NCBI GenBank assembly: GCA_034530615.2 | Contig: JAVRCV020000044.1 | Span: forward strand, 1 to 17,395 | From: Aulosira sp. ZfuVER01 | GTDB taxonomy: Bacteria > Cyanobacteriota > Cyanobacteriia > Cyanobacteriales > Nostocaceae | DNA length: 17,395 nt | Direction of reading: 5' to 3' | In this document: piece after piece, positions 1 to 8,700 of the stretch | Position numbering within the stretch: position 1 is the stretch's first letter | Layout of the letters: every line of letters begins with the position of its first letter | Notes under the pieces: generated by a model | Database searches by the model: none | What the model was told of the DNA's origin: nothing | What the model saw: the letters and a program-made list of their open reading frames with translations, nothing else | Made by a program: the position numbers and the translations under genes

Positions 1-116
1 TACACTCAACAAATTTGGGCTTTACCTCCTTAAGTTGACACCAATGAGCATTGCTAAACCCCTACGAAAAATATATCTGGATCAGGATTTTTGTGAATTG
101 GTATAAACTCTATTTG

Positions 117-263
117 TTAGGAATTTGCAAATAATACCAAGCCAAATTCCTCGCCAGTAGCTCGAAAACCAATACCGCGATAAGCTGCTTGTGCTGCCAA
201 GTTTTCTCGTTTTGTAAATAAGATAGCGCGTTCTACTCCTTGCGATCGCGCTTCTAATAATGA
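117..263 (-). pseudogene. 3' remnant of a GNAT-family acetyltransferase
   Basis: SLLEARSQGVERAILFTKRENLAAQAAYRGIGF matches the GNAT C-terminal pattern (N-x-x-A-x-x-x-Y-x-x-x-G-F). There is no room for a 5' part because the peroxidase stop is at 292, and a GGGCAT-type short repeat (265-284) lies at the junction. Confidence 0.7.
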
Positions 264-291
264 GTGCCCAATGCCCTCATGCCCTATACGG

Positions 292-2043
292 CTATACACG
301 CCGCCAAGGAGCGAAAGCATTATGTATATTGAATAAGGCAGGAGCCAAGCTAGGAAAGTGACGTTGCAGGACAGTTAACATCCCGTTGTTGTCAATCCAG
401 TCTAGACCGAATTGAGTATAGATTTCCGCGCGATAGTCTTTGGTAAAGAAGCGATCGCTCTTTAAGCGGCGGGAAGCCATTAAGATAAATACGCGAAATG
501 CTGTATCGCTAAAGCCAAAGCCTTTTGGTAGATCTTCGGCAAACATCCCTACAACTAAATCTACGCTGTTAATGTCATTGTTGTAGACTTCGCGTAGTTC
601 TTTTGCCCACACTTGATTACTTGTAATCTCTTCAAAGGATTTGACTCGACCGCGGCCAATAATTTCGCGGAAATCATTGTAGCGAGGAACACCTCTTTCG
701 CGATCGCGCAGGATATCAATCGCTGCTAAGTCGAAAGTTTCTCCGTTGTCTCGGATGAGTTGCTGTAAGGCTTTGGGGTAGTTGTGTAAGGTAATTGCAC
801 CTGGGTGGGCAATTCCGAAAGAATAAAATAGATCTGCTAATCCAATTTCTTCTACTACTCCCCTAGCGCGTTTGCCACCTACTTCAAAGAAATCGCCTTT
901 GCGTCGCAATTTACCCGTTGTGTGGGAATAAAATTCAAATTCATCGGGAATTAGGGGATGTAACCGATACACGCTGACGAATTCTTCGGTGATGTAGTAG
1001 GGCGCTGTATGGTGATCGGTTGGGGAACCAATGATTCCACTTATTGTCTCATCATCGCTGATACGTCCAAAAATCCGTTTGAAATTTTGACCAAGTAACC
1101 CCCACCAGTTAGCACTCATGGCTATTTGCAATGCTGGATGGGCGAGGATACCAGGAGTCCATTCGACGGTGTGAATTTTTGCCATCAATGCCGCGTTAAT
1201 TAGTCGCGCATGGTCAAAGAGGTCGTCATCTTGCCATTCTGGGTATTGCTGCTTGAGGCGATCGCAGATGGTGTTATGTTCTCTTACAAACAGAGTATGC
1301 AATAAACTCAACCCAATCCACCAGTTGTCATTAAACCCTGTACGCTCGATACCAATTGCTGGATCAATAGGCAATAATCCATCATCACCAATAATTAGTT
1401 TGCCATCAACGTGCGATCGCAATTGAGCGACCTGTTCGGTATTATTACCATAGATTTGTGAACCATCCCACCAATGAGTCACTTTGTTAATAAATGTTGG
1501 CGGTTCCGCGCGATCGCCTTGCGGACGGCTTTCATCTACTAAGGTTTCTTTAATTGCCATCGGTCGATGGTCTTGCGGCCAGGTATCATCCTCAGCTAAG
1601 GGAATGACAATTTTCTTATCTGGACGGTTGTCACCGTGAGAAAACCAATCATGGTTTTGAAACTGAATCCAAGCCGCCGCCAAGATATTTAAAGATGTCG
1701 CTGGGATAAATTCATCTCGCGTCATCAACTTCTGGCTAATAGTGCGGGGATTGGGGTTAAGTAGATTTTTGCGATCGACATTCGTCTTTGTTAGAGGAAC
1801 ATTCCGCCCTAAGCGAGTGCCAACCATCCCCATTTCTGGATGCTTGAGGTCGTTAAAACTACCATCTGCGGTGCGCGCTACCAGATGACGACCATCAGGG
1901 CTGGGCTGGGGGTGCGGAAGTTTTTCTGTATCTGAAAGTTGAGACGTATCGTGGAGGTTTTTTTGTCTCAGTTCTTTGCGAAACCCTGCTAGTTTTAACA
2001 ATGCTAATGGTGTAGGTAGGCGATGCCAGGGAATTCCAAACAT
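292..2043 (-). CDS. Animal-heme-peroxidase (peroxidase-cyclooxygenase) family protein, fatty-acid alpha-dioxygenase-like, 583 aa
   Basis: Motifs RTADGSFNDL, WIQFQNHDW (distal His), WWDGSQIYG, LFVREHN, KIHTVEWT, EEFVSVYRLH (catalytic Tyr and proximal His), RDRERGVPRYN and ASRRLKSDRFFT, all paralleling plant alpha-DOX motifs. Confidence 0.9.
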   Translation of the reverse strand: MFGIPWHRLPTPLALLKLAGFRKELRQKNLHDTSQLSDTEKLPHPQPSPDGRHLVARTADGSFNDLKHPEMGMVGTRLGRNVPLTKTNVDRKNLLNPNPRTISQKLMTRDEFIPATSLNILAAAWIQFQNHDWFSHGDNRPDKKIVIPLAEDDTWPQDHRPMAIKETLVDESRPQGDRAEPPTFINKVTHWWDGSQIYGNNTEQVAQLRSHVDGKLIIGDDGLLPIDPAIGIERTGFNDNWWIGLSLLHTLFVREHNTICDRLKQQYPEWQDDDLFDHARLINAALMAKIHTVEWTPGILAHPALQIAMSANWWGLLGQNFKRIFGRISDDETISGIIGSPTDHHTAPYYITEEFVSVYRLHPLIPDEFEFYSHTTGKLRRKGDFFEVGGKRARGVVEEIGLADLFYSFGIAHPGAITLHNYPKALQQLIRDNGETFDLAAIDILRDRERGVPRYNDFREIIGRGRVKSFEEITSNQVWAKELREVYNNDINSVDLVVGMFAEDLPKGFGFSDTAFRVFILMASRRLKSDRFFTKDYRAEIYTQFGLDWIDNNGMLTVLQRHFPSLAPALFNIHNAFAPWRRV

Positions 2044-2383
2044 TTTACAAATTCCTTTAGTGTGTTTTTAGACAATAATTAAGATTTTTCCGCTATTATT
2101 ACTTACACCTTAATTCCGTAATTTTATTAAGGCGTAACTATTTTTTTAGATACTGAATTCAGAAAAGATTGACCGCTCCTGAGATTTAGTAATTCTCCCA
2201 AGTGGAATTTGTACAACTCGAAATTCTAGAGTGTATCTACTCTAGTTTGTTGCATTTTGTGTAAGTCAACATTGATAGATTTATGGGGTTTTATATCTGT
2301 CACCCCTATTTCACAACTTTATGCACAATTCTATAGTTTTTTATATAAAAATCTTATCTTAGTTGTGAAAAAATTTTTAAACT

Positions 2384-2412
2384 AACCGCCAAGTACGCCA
2401 AGTAAGCCAAGG
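2384..2412. repeat. 9-bp tandem repeat (CGCCAAGTA-like, about 3 copies)
   Basis: aaccgccaagtacgccaagtaagccaagg read directly. Confidence 0.7.
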
Positions 2413-2452
2413 AAGAGACATACAAGATTTGATGAAAGTCTGAGGGATTATA

Positions 2453-2557
2453 TATAGCAATCTTATAAGAGATTTAGGAGTTCTTGGAGGGTGTAAGCAC
2501 TTATTTACAAGCTTTTTAGCTTTTGTTGTTGCTCACAAATGATTTGAAAATGCTATA
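2453..2557. mobile_element. Degenerate MITE-like element with TATAGCA...TGCTATA ends
   Basis: Left end tatagcaatcttat; right end reverse-complements to tatagcattttcaaat. Imperfect inverted termini, no ORF. Confidence 0.4.
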
Positions 2558-2795
2558 TGATAATCCGCTTTAATCTTTGAAAAAATCTGTACACTTGAAG
2601 CTTAAGTGTAGAATGGGCAATACCCCTCATATCTAGATTTTGTTAGGTATTGTCCACCCTAAGTGTATTTTTACTTCTATTGAAAAGTTGATTGATTCAA
2701 GCAGATGTTACAAAACAATAAGTTGTAAATCTCATGAAGTTAGTTGTCTTATAATACCTATCAAACTTACTCAAAGCGCCTTCAAATAACAATAT

Positions 2796-2809
2796 TACCC
2801 CTAGGGGTA
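2796..2809. promoter_or_regulatory. Perfect palindrome TACCCCTAGGGGTA, candidate operator
   Basis: 14-bp perfect palindrome with C/G tracts in an AT-rich divergent intergenic region; resembles CsoR/RcnR-family operators. Confidence 0.4.
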
Positions 2810-2888
2810 CTGTTAGATTATCAATTTGAATTCAGAATAGATTGTAGATAAAGTTTATTGCGTTAATTCGTACTCGTTATTATCAATA

Positions 2889-2912
2889 ATTTCCTAATTA
2901 GAGTTAGGAAAT
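2889..2912. promoter_or_regulatory. Inverted repeat ATTTCCTAA-N6-TTAGGAAAT upstream of the P450
   Basis: 9-bp perfect arms ending 77 bp before the P450 ATG. Confidence 0.35.
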
Positions 2913-2989
2913 CTGCTAAAAATCTTTCTCGTATTTTGTGTAATCAAATACTGTTTACTACTAAACTACTTGCATAACGCTAGGCTTAT

Positions 2990-4291
2990 ATGGACACATA
3001 TCCTTCAACAAATGTCCTTGATATCTTGCGGCTCTTAGGAAATTTGATTGGTAAATTTTTGCAGAGTCCGCGTAGCTTTAATGCCAAGGTGGTACTGACC
3101 AATTGGTTGAAAGGGTTAACTATCAACTACAAGAGCGAGAATGTCATTTTAGATTTTTTGCTAAAAAAAGTATTACTGGTATCTGGGCGTGATTTGTCAG
3201 CGCACATCCTGAAGGAAGCACCGTCGAGTCAAGGTTACATTGAGGGGACGCTGAAGAAAAAAGGGATGTCCTATCTTGCACCTGAGGCTTTAACTATTAG
3301 CCATGATGAACAATGGCAACGCTTACGCCCTTATAACGAAAAAGTGCTTTGCATAGGTGCTAAACATCATTATCAACAAGCTTTTCTCAATCAAATACAC
3401 CGTGCTTTCTCCAAGGCAGTTTCCAGCATTGCGGAGATTCGGCAATGTATGGGGATAGCAATGCTGGGTATTGTATTTGGCGAAAATGTTGCACCTTTGA
3501 GTTTAATTGAAGATATCCAAGTCTTGTTTAGCATGGTAGGCAATCCAATTAAAAGGATGCTGGTGGGAAAGCGCGAACAAGAACGACGGGCAAAATTTTA
3601 TGCTTCCTTAAGACAGCTATGGAAAGAAAGCGAACTATCTCATCAACCTTCGCTGCTGTCTATGGCACATCATCTCAAACCTGAAGCGGATGAGGAAGAG
3701 TTAATTGAGCAAATTCCCCACTGGATGTTTACGTTCACAGGATCGGGTACAGATTTGTTGGTGAGGTCTTTGGCTTTGATTAGTTCGCACCCAGAAGTTT
3801 TACAGCGAGTGCAGGATGAAATCAATCAGCAGGGTTCATTAGAGCAACCTTCAACAATTGCTCAATTAACTTACCTCGAAGCCTGCGTACTAGAAACTGG
3901 TCGCCTTTACCCTCCGGTTACACTGACGTTTCATGTTGCACCAGGTGGGGATGTTTTTGAGAACCGTCAAATTCCGCAGGGAATGGATATTCTGCACTTT
4001 TTCCCACTGATGCAACGGGATTTGGCTGCTCATCCAAGTGCTGATGTGTTTTTACCAGAAAGGTGGCTAGATGCAACTCATTCAGTTGATATTCCTGATT
4101 CCAATTTATTTTTAAAAGGTGCGCGTACCTGTCCCGGAAAAGATCTAATTCTGTTTGTATGTAAAAGTGCGATCGCAATTCTTCTAGAACAGCAAAAACT
4201 CAGAGTCAGCAGCAATCAACTTGCTCAAAAGCCTTTACCACTCTATTTTCCAGAAAAAGATATTCGCTTTCATACCCAGTTAAATCATTAA
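2990..4291 (+). CDS. Cytochrome P450 with atypical I-helix, 433 aa
   Basis: K-helix ExxR (ETGR), PERW meander and heme motif FLKGARTCPG (Cys381). The I-helix reads FTFTGSGTD instead of AGxET. Confidence 0.92.
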   Translation: MDTYPSTNVLDILRLLGNLIGKFLQSPRSFNAKVVLTNWLKGLTINYKSENVILDFLLKKVLLVSGRDLSAHILKEAPSSQGYIEGTLKKKGMSYLAPEALTISHDEQWQRLRPYNEKVLCIGAKHHYQQAFLNQIHRAFSKAVSSIAEIRQCMGIAMLGIVFGENVAPLSLIEDIQVLFSMVGNPIKRMLVGKREQERRAKFYASLRQLWKESELSHQPSLLSMAHHLKPEADEEELIEQIPHWMFTFTGSGTDLLVRSLALISSHPEVLQRVQDEINQQGSLEQPSTIAQLTYLEACVLETGRLYPPVTLTFHVAPGGDVFENRQIPQGMDILHFFPLMQRDLAAHPSADVFLPERWLDATHSVDIPDSNLFLKGARTCPGKDLILFVCKSAIAILLEQQKLRVSSNQLAQKPLPLYFPEKDIRFHTQLNH

Positions 4292-4310
4292 TTTTATGAG
4301 GTCATAAGCA

Positions 4311-4742
4311 ATGGCTATTACAACAGCAGACATGATGAATATGTCGCCTGCTGAATTGGATGAACTTTATCAAAACAGCCCAGTTGGAGAAATTCCTGAT
4401 GGACAAGGTAAGGGTACAGTTGTTTTTGTCACGGGAATTCCTATCCGCAATATCTTGTCATGGCTTGTGAGGTTGCTGGCTTGGCAAGGAAAGGTGTTTT
4501 ATCGCGATCGCGGTTTCTTACTAAACCGAATCACCATATTAGGAATGAAGTTAGTAAAAGCCAAAGTTTACCGGGGTGAAAGTTGGTTTGGTAAGGATGA
4601 AGCCATCATCCTAGACTATTCTCAAACTTCATTTATTGCGCAAAAAATTCGAGATGAAATCAGAGAAGTTTCTCCTGGTGTTTTTCTTGGTCAAGCTTAT
4701 TGGGGTAAGACGCGGGTGTTGTGTTTTGCATTGGAATTTTGA
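4311..4742 (+). CDS. Conserved hypothetical protein, 143 aa, predicted beta-rich (WQGKVF / LDYS / RDEIREV motifs)
   Basis: ATG 19 bp after the P450 stop with GAGG upstream; natural-looking composition. The motif layout is reminiscent of GXWXG/DUF4334-like barrels (recalled, not searched). Confidence 0.85.
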   Translation: MAITTADMMNMSPAELDELYQNSPVGEIPDGQGKGTVVFVTGIPIRNILSWLVRLLAWQGKVFYRDRGFLLNRITILGMKLVKAKVYRGESWFGKDEAIILDYSQTSFIAQKIRDEIREVSPGVFLGQAYWGKTRVLCFALEF

Positions 4743-4766
4743 GTTGTGATTTTATGTTGAAGAAAG

Positions 4767-4794
4767 CAGGAGGCAGAGAGCAGAGGACAGAAGG
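4767..4794. repeat. Degenerate GCAGA(G/A)G short tandem repeat (STRR-like)
   Basis: gcaggaggcagagagcagaggacagaagg read directly. Confidence 0.55.
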
Positions 4795-4970
4795 AGTAAT
4801 CGCTTTTGAGAGGCGGAATATCACAACCTTTACCAGGCAGACTCGCCCTGCTGATTTTGGCAGGGATGTTAACACTGGTAATTGGTGGCGCGGGTGCATA
4901 TTCCCCGATCAAGTAACTAAGACTCAGACGCGATCGCGCAATGCAAGCCAATACATTAACAATGCGGTTT

Positions 4971-5005
4971 ATCCCCCTCATCCCCCTTGTCCCCCTCATC
5001 CTCCC
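4971..5005. repeat. 9-bp tandem repeat (ATCCCCCTC-like, about 4 copies)
   Basis: atccccctc atccccctt gtccccctc atcctccc read directly. Confidence 0.8.
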
Positions 5006-5086
5006 TAGCTGTTCTCCAAATCGGGAACGGTTCGATAAAATTAGAGATAATGCACAGTTTTGCTACAAAGATTTAGGTGCAGGATC

Positions 5087-5701
5087 GTGGGTAGCAGACG
5101 AGTCTTTCTGTTCCACAGCTTCAGTATAATTTGGCTAGCAGGATTTTCTGCGATCGCTTGTAGTTCTGGTGGTAGTAACGATACCCAAATTCCCCTCACC
5201 CCAAGCAATAAATTAAAACCGGAGGGAAAAACTATGAAACTAGAAAGCAGTGTCTTTGAAGCTAATAGCCTTATTCCCGCTAAATATACTTGTGATGGCT
5301 CAGATATTTCCCCCAGTCTAAGCTGGGATGAACCCCCAACAGGAACCCAAAGTTTAGCATTAATTGTTGACGATCCAGATGCACCCAGACGCACATTTGT
5401 ACATTGGGTGCTTTACGATATGCCTGCGACAGTTCGGCAATTACCAGAACAAGTTGCTAGTGCAAAAACTTTACCCAGCGGTGGAGTTCAAGGAAAGAAT
5501 GATTTTGGCAAATTAGGTTATGGTGGCCCTTGTCCTCCCAGTGGTACGCATCGGTATTTTTTCACCCTTTATGCTCTAGATAAAAACTTGAGTTTGCAAC
5601 CAGGTGCAACAAAACAGCAAATTTTGCAAGCAATGAACGGTCATGTTTTAGCAACAGCAGAGTTAATCGGACGCTATCAACGTCAATTGATAGGGCGCTA
5701 A
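5087..5701 (+). CDS. YbhB/YbcL family Raf-kinase-inhibitor-like (PEBP) protein; start at GTG 5087 or ATG 5234
   Basis: Motifs KYTCDGSDISP, DPDAP, FVHWV and GYGGPCPPSGTHRYFFTLYALD. The N-terminal extension has SRRVFL and a lipobox-like AIAC. Confidence 0.93.
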   Translation: MGSRRVFLFHSFSIIWLAGFSAIACSSGGSNDTQIPLTPSNKLKPEGKTMKLESSVFEANSLIPAKYTCDGSDISPSLSWDEPPTGTQSLALIVDDPDAPRRTFVHWVLYDMPATVRQLPEQVASAKTLPSGGVQGKNDFGKLGYGGPCPPSGTHRYFFTLYALDKNLSLQPGATKQQILQAMNGHVLATAELIGRYQRQLIGR

Positions 5702-5716
5702 AGCGCAACTACGAAC
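5691..5716. repeat. Short palindromic dispersed repeat (GCGCTAAAGCGCAACTACGAAC)
   Basis: Hairpin GCGCT-AA-AGCGC followed by ACTACGAAC, overlapping the PEBP stop; resembles cyanobacterial small dispersed repeats. Confidence 0.55.
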
Positions 5717-5779
5717 ATTTTTTATTGCAACATTTTAGTCTTGCAACGCCAGTGGCTTTCAAGCAAGGAACTCTTTTGG

Positions 5780-8700
5780 CTAAAACCTTGTTTCATACTC
5801 AACAACAGCGCGACCTTCATCTCCTAAATTAGTAGAACCGCGTACACGAACTTCGTCATTGAGACGATAAATTACGTTGTAATTTAAAGGTTCATTGCTA
5901 GCAAAAACCCGTGACAAAGAAACAGAAAAATTCCTCGATACATCAAATACCCCCTCAGCTGCTAAACCAAGTACTGAAACGTTTGTATTTCGATTAGTCA
6001 CAAGGCTAGGAAATAGCCGCAATTCACTTAAGCCAATAGTCTGACCAATTTGACTAATAGTGCCTTGCAAGTTAGAGAAAATTGCCGAACCAGCTAGGTT
6101 TACAAGTCCTAAGCCTGTATCACCTTGCTGTAAATTGTTAAGAATTGAGCCTCCGAGTAAAGCGACAATTTCTCCTCGGCTACGGCGAGGTTCGCTAGTT
6201 AGTACAAGATTTTGAGATAATTCACTGGCTGGGCCTTTTGCTATAGCCTGAATGCGAACGCTGTTTAAAGTACCGAAGTTGATTGCAGAAATATCTCGAA
6301 TCTCACTCGATACAGGTGAAGTGCGAGATAGAGTGCGAGTTGCTTCTGGGACAATTGTTACTAGGCGGACATCTAAAGTTGGGTCAAATCCCCTATTGGG
6401 AGTAAATACTGCGGTTTGGTCGTAACCACGAGCTAAGGTAAATTGAGAGGTAAATAAATTTATCTGGCCTCCCCGCAGACTAACCTTTCCTTGAGGACGA
6501 GGTTTAGCTAAGGTTCCGTTGAGCGCGATCTCACCTTGAGCTACAAAGCTAAATAGTGGTTGACTTATAACACGAACATCATTAGCTAAAACTAGCTGTA
6601 AATTGTCAAATTCTATAGGTATTTTTGGTGTATTGCTGGTTGTGGGTGTTGTTGCTGAATTAGCTGAATTAGTCGCAGTAGCTTGTTCTGGTTTAGTAAC
6701 TGTAATCACTGGAGAATTTGCTGCATCTGGTGTTTTCCCAGAAGTCCTAGACGTGCCTTGTTTTAGTGATACCTCACCATCATTCAGCTCAATTCTACCG
6801 CCGAGTTGAGGAGCAAACGCTGTGCCTGTAATCACCGCATTACCGCTAACTCCACCTTGATATAATCCTTCAAGATTCACCCTCAAGTTATCTAACGCCA
6901 CTGTGAGGGGATTAGCAGCTGCTTGTTGTTGCGCATTTTGACTGGCAAAAATCGGTAGAATTCCCGCCGCCGTTAATTGTCCGCGACTGTACTGTGCTTG
7001 AAGATTATCAACAATTAAGCGATCGCCTGCAAACCGCGCTGTCCCTGTCACATTAGTTAACGGTTCTGAAAGGCTTTGCACATTGATTGTGGCATTATTA
7101 ATTGTGGCAGTACCCGTGGTCTCTGGTCGAGCTAATGTTCCCTGTACTGCTACGTTTACTTGTCCTTGACCATCTACCCATTTAACTTGATTGTTCAGTA
7201 CGTTTAATACTGCCAAGCCTTCATCTTTAACATTAGCTTGGATGCTAATTTGATTGCTATCTGGCTGTGCGGAAGCAAAAGGTAATTTAGCAGGGACGCT
7301 ACCATTAATTTGAATTGGTTGTGTACCAGTAACTAGAACGTTACTGTCAAAATTTAATTGGGCATTATTATAGTTAAAAGCAACTTGTGCTGACTGTATA
7401 GATTGATTATTTAAGTTGCCATTTACTAGTGCTAATTCCCCAACAGCTTGGGGATTATTTAAATTCCCGCTGAGGGTGGCATTAGCATTTACATTACCTG
7501 TAATATCTACAGGTAATTGCGGAAAGAAAGGTTTAATATCTGCTAGTGCTAAATTTTGGACTTGAGCCTGTCCAGATAATGCCTTTTGGCTCAATTGTCC
7601 GTTAAAAGCTATGAGGGAATTATTGAAATTAACTTGCAGAGGTAGCAGTGTTAAATTACCGTTTTCATAATTACCACTAGCTACGATTTGGTTAATATTA
7701 TAGTTACCCCATACCCAATTATCACCTGTAAAATTAAAACCAATATTCAATCCCGATCGCAAACTTCCTGTTACTCCTAACCTACCGCTGATGATGCCTT
7801 GTAATTCTTCTAAAGTAGGTATACGGCGCGATGCTTGTTCCTGCGTTCTTTCTTGGGAAACTTGATTTTGAATTTTGGATACATAAGCTATTTGCCCTAA
7901 TAAATTAGTATCGGGCAAACTTACAGGCTGAGTTTGTAAAGCTTCAGCACCAGCTAATTTTGGAGCCTGTAAGCCAGTACGCACATCTTGAAAATTGTAA
8001 ATATTTAATGTTTGTAGTATGTTTTGAACTTTCGCTTGGTCAAAGCTAACTTCAAATTTTAAGGGATTGTTACCTGTTGTTGGTAAAATTCCACTGAGTG
8101 CATAACGGGTTTCACCTTGCAGTAATTCCCCATTATTTAAACTAAAATTCCCATTGCCATAACTGATATTACCGCGAAACTCATCCGCTTGAATTCTGCC
8201 AATTCTAGGTTGTGCTACTGCTACATTACCAACTAAACTATAATCATTTAAATTAACTGCTAAATTTCCTGATAATTTTCCGTTAATTGTGCCTAAATTT
8301 GCGTTGGCAGGAATGAAGCTTTTAGCTATAGATATAGGGAATTTTTGGACGTTAACTGTTAAAGTATCTCCAACTGTGTTACCAGTGGCGATAGTGTTAT
8401 CTCGTCTGATATTAAATGCAGTTGGACGGTTATTAGCACCTAAAGAAAAAGCAATTTGGTCTTGTCTACCAGCAACCTGAAATTGCGTTCCCTGTCCTTG
8501 CTGATAACTAACATTACCAGTTAACACAGGGTCAAATGCTAAACCGTTGACAGCCAGATTTTCTAAGCGAATATTGCCATTAGCAATGGGGGTTGTAGGC
8601 GTACCTGCTACTTGTCCGTTAAAATCTACCCTACCCGCTAAGGCAATATTACCTGGAAGCTTAACTGGCAGACTTTGCAGATTATAATTCTGTGCCTGGA

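Noticed and set aside
2044..2989. NtcA box (GTA-N8-TAC) in the divergent promoter
   Set aside because: No canonical match was found by eye.
3918..4178. 86-aa minus-strand ORF
   Set aside because: Antisense shadow inside the P450 with no recognisable motif.
5060..5086. TTG start at 5060 for the PEBP
   Set aside because: No clear SD. GTG 5087 and ATG 5234 have better ribosome-binding context.
4660..5129. Overlapping ORFs 4660-4899, 4697-4999, 4721-5008 and 4941-5129 as intact genes
   Set aside because: Their starts or ends fall in short tandem repeats or overlap real genes. Only the central segment is kept as a possible remnant.
5041..5394. 117-aa minus-strand ORF
   Set aside because: Antisense shadow of the PEBP gene.
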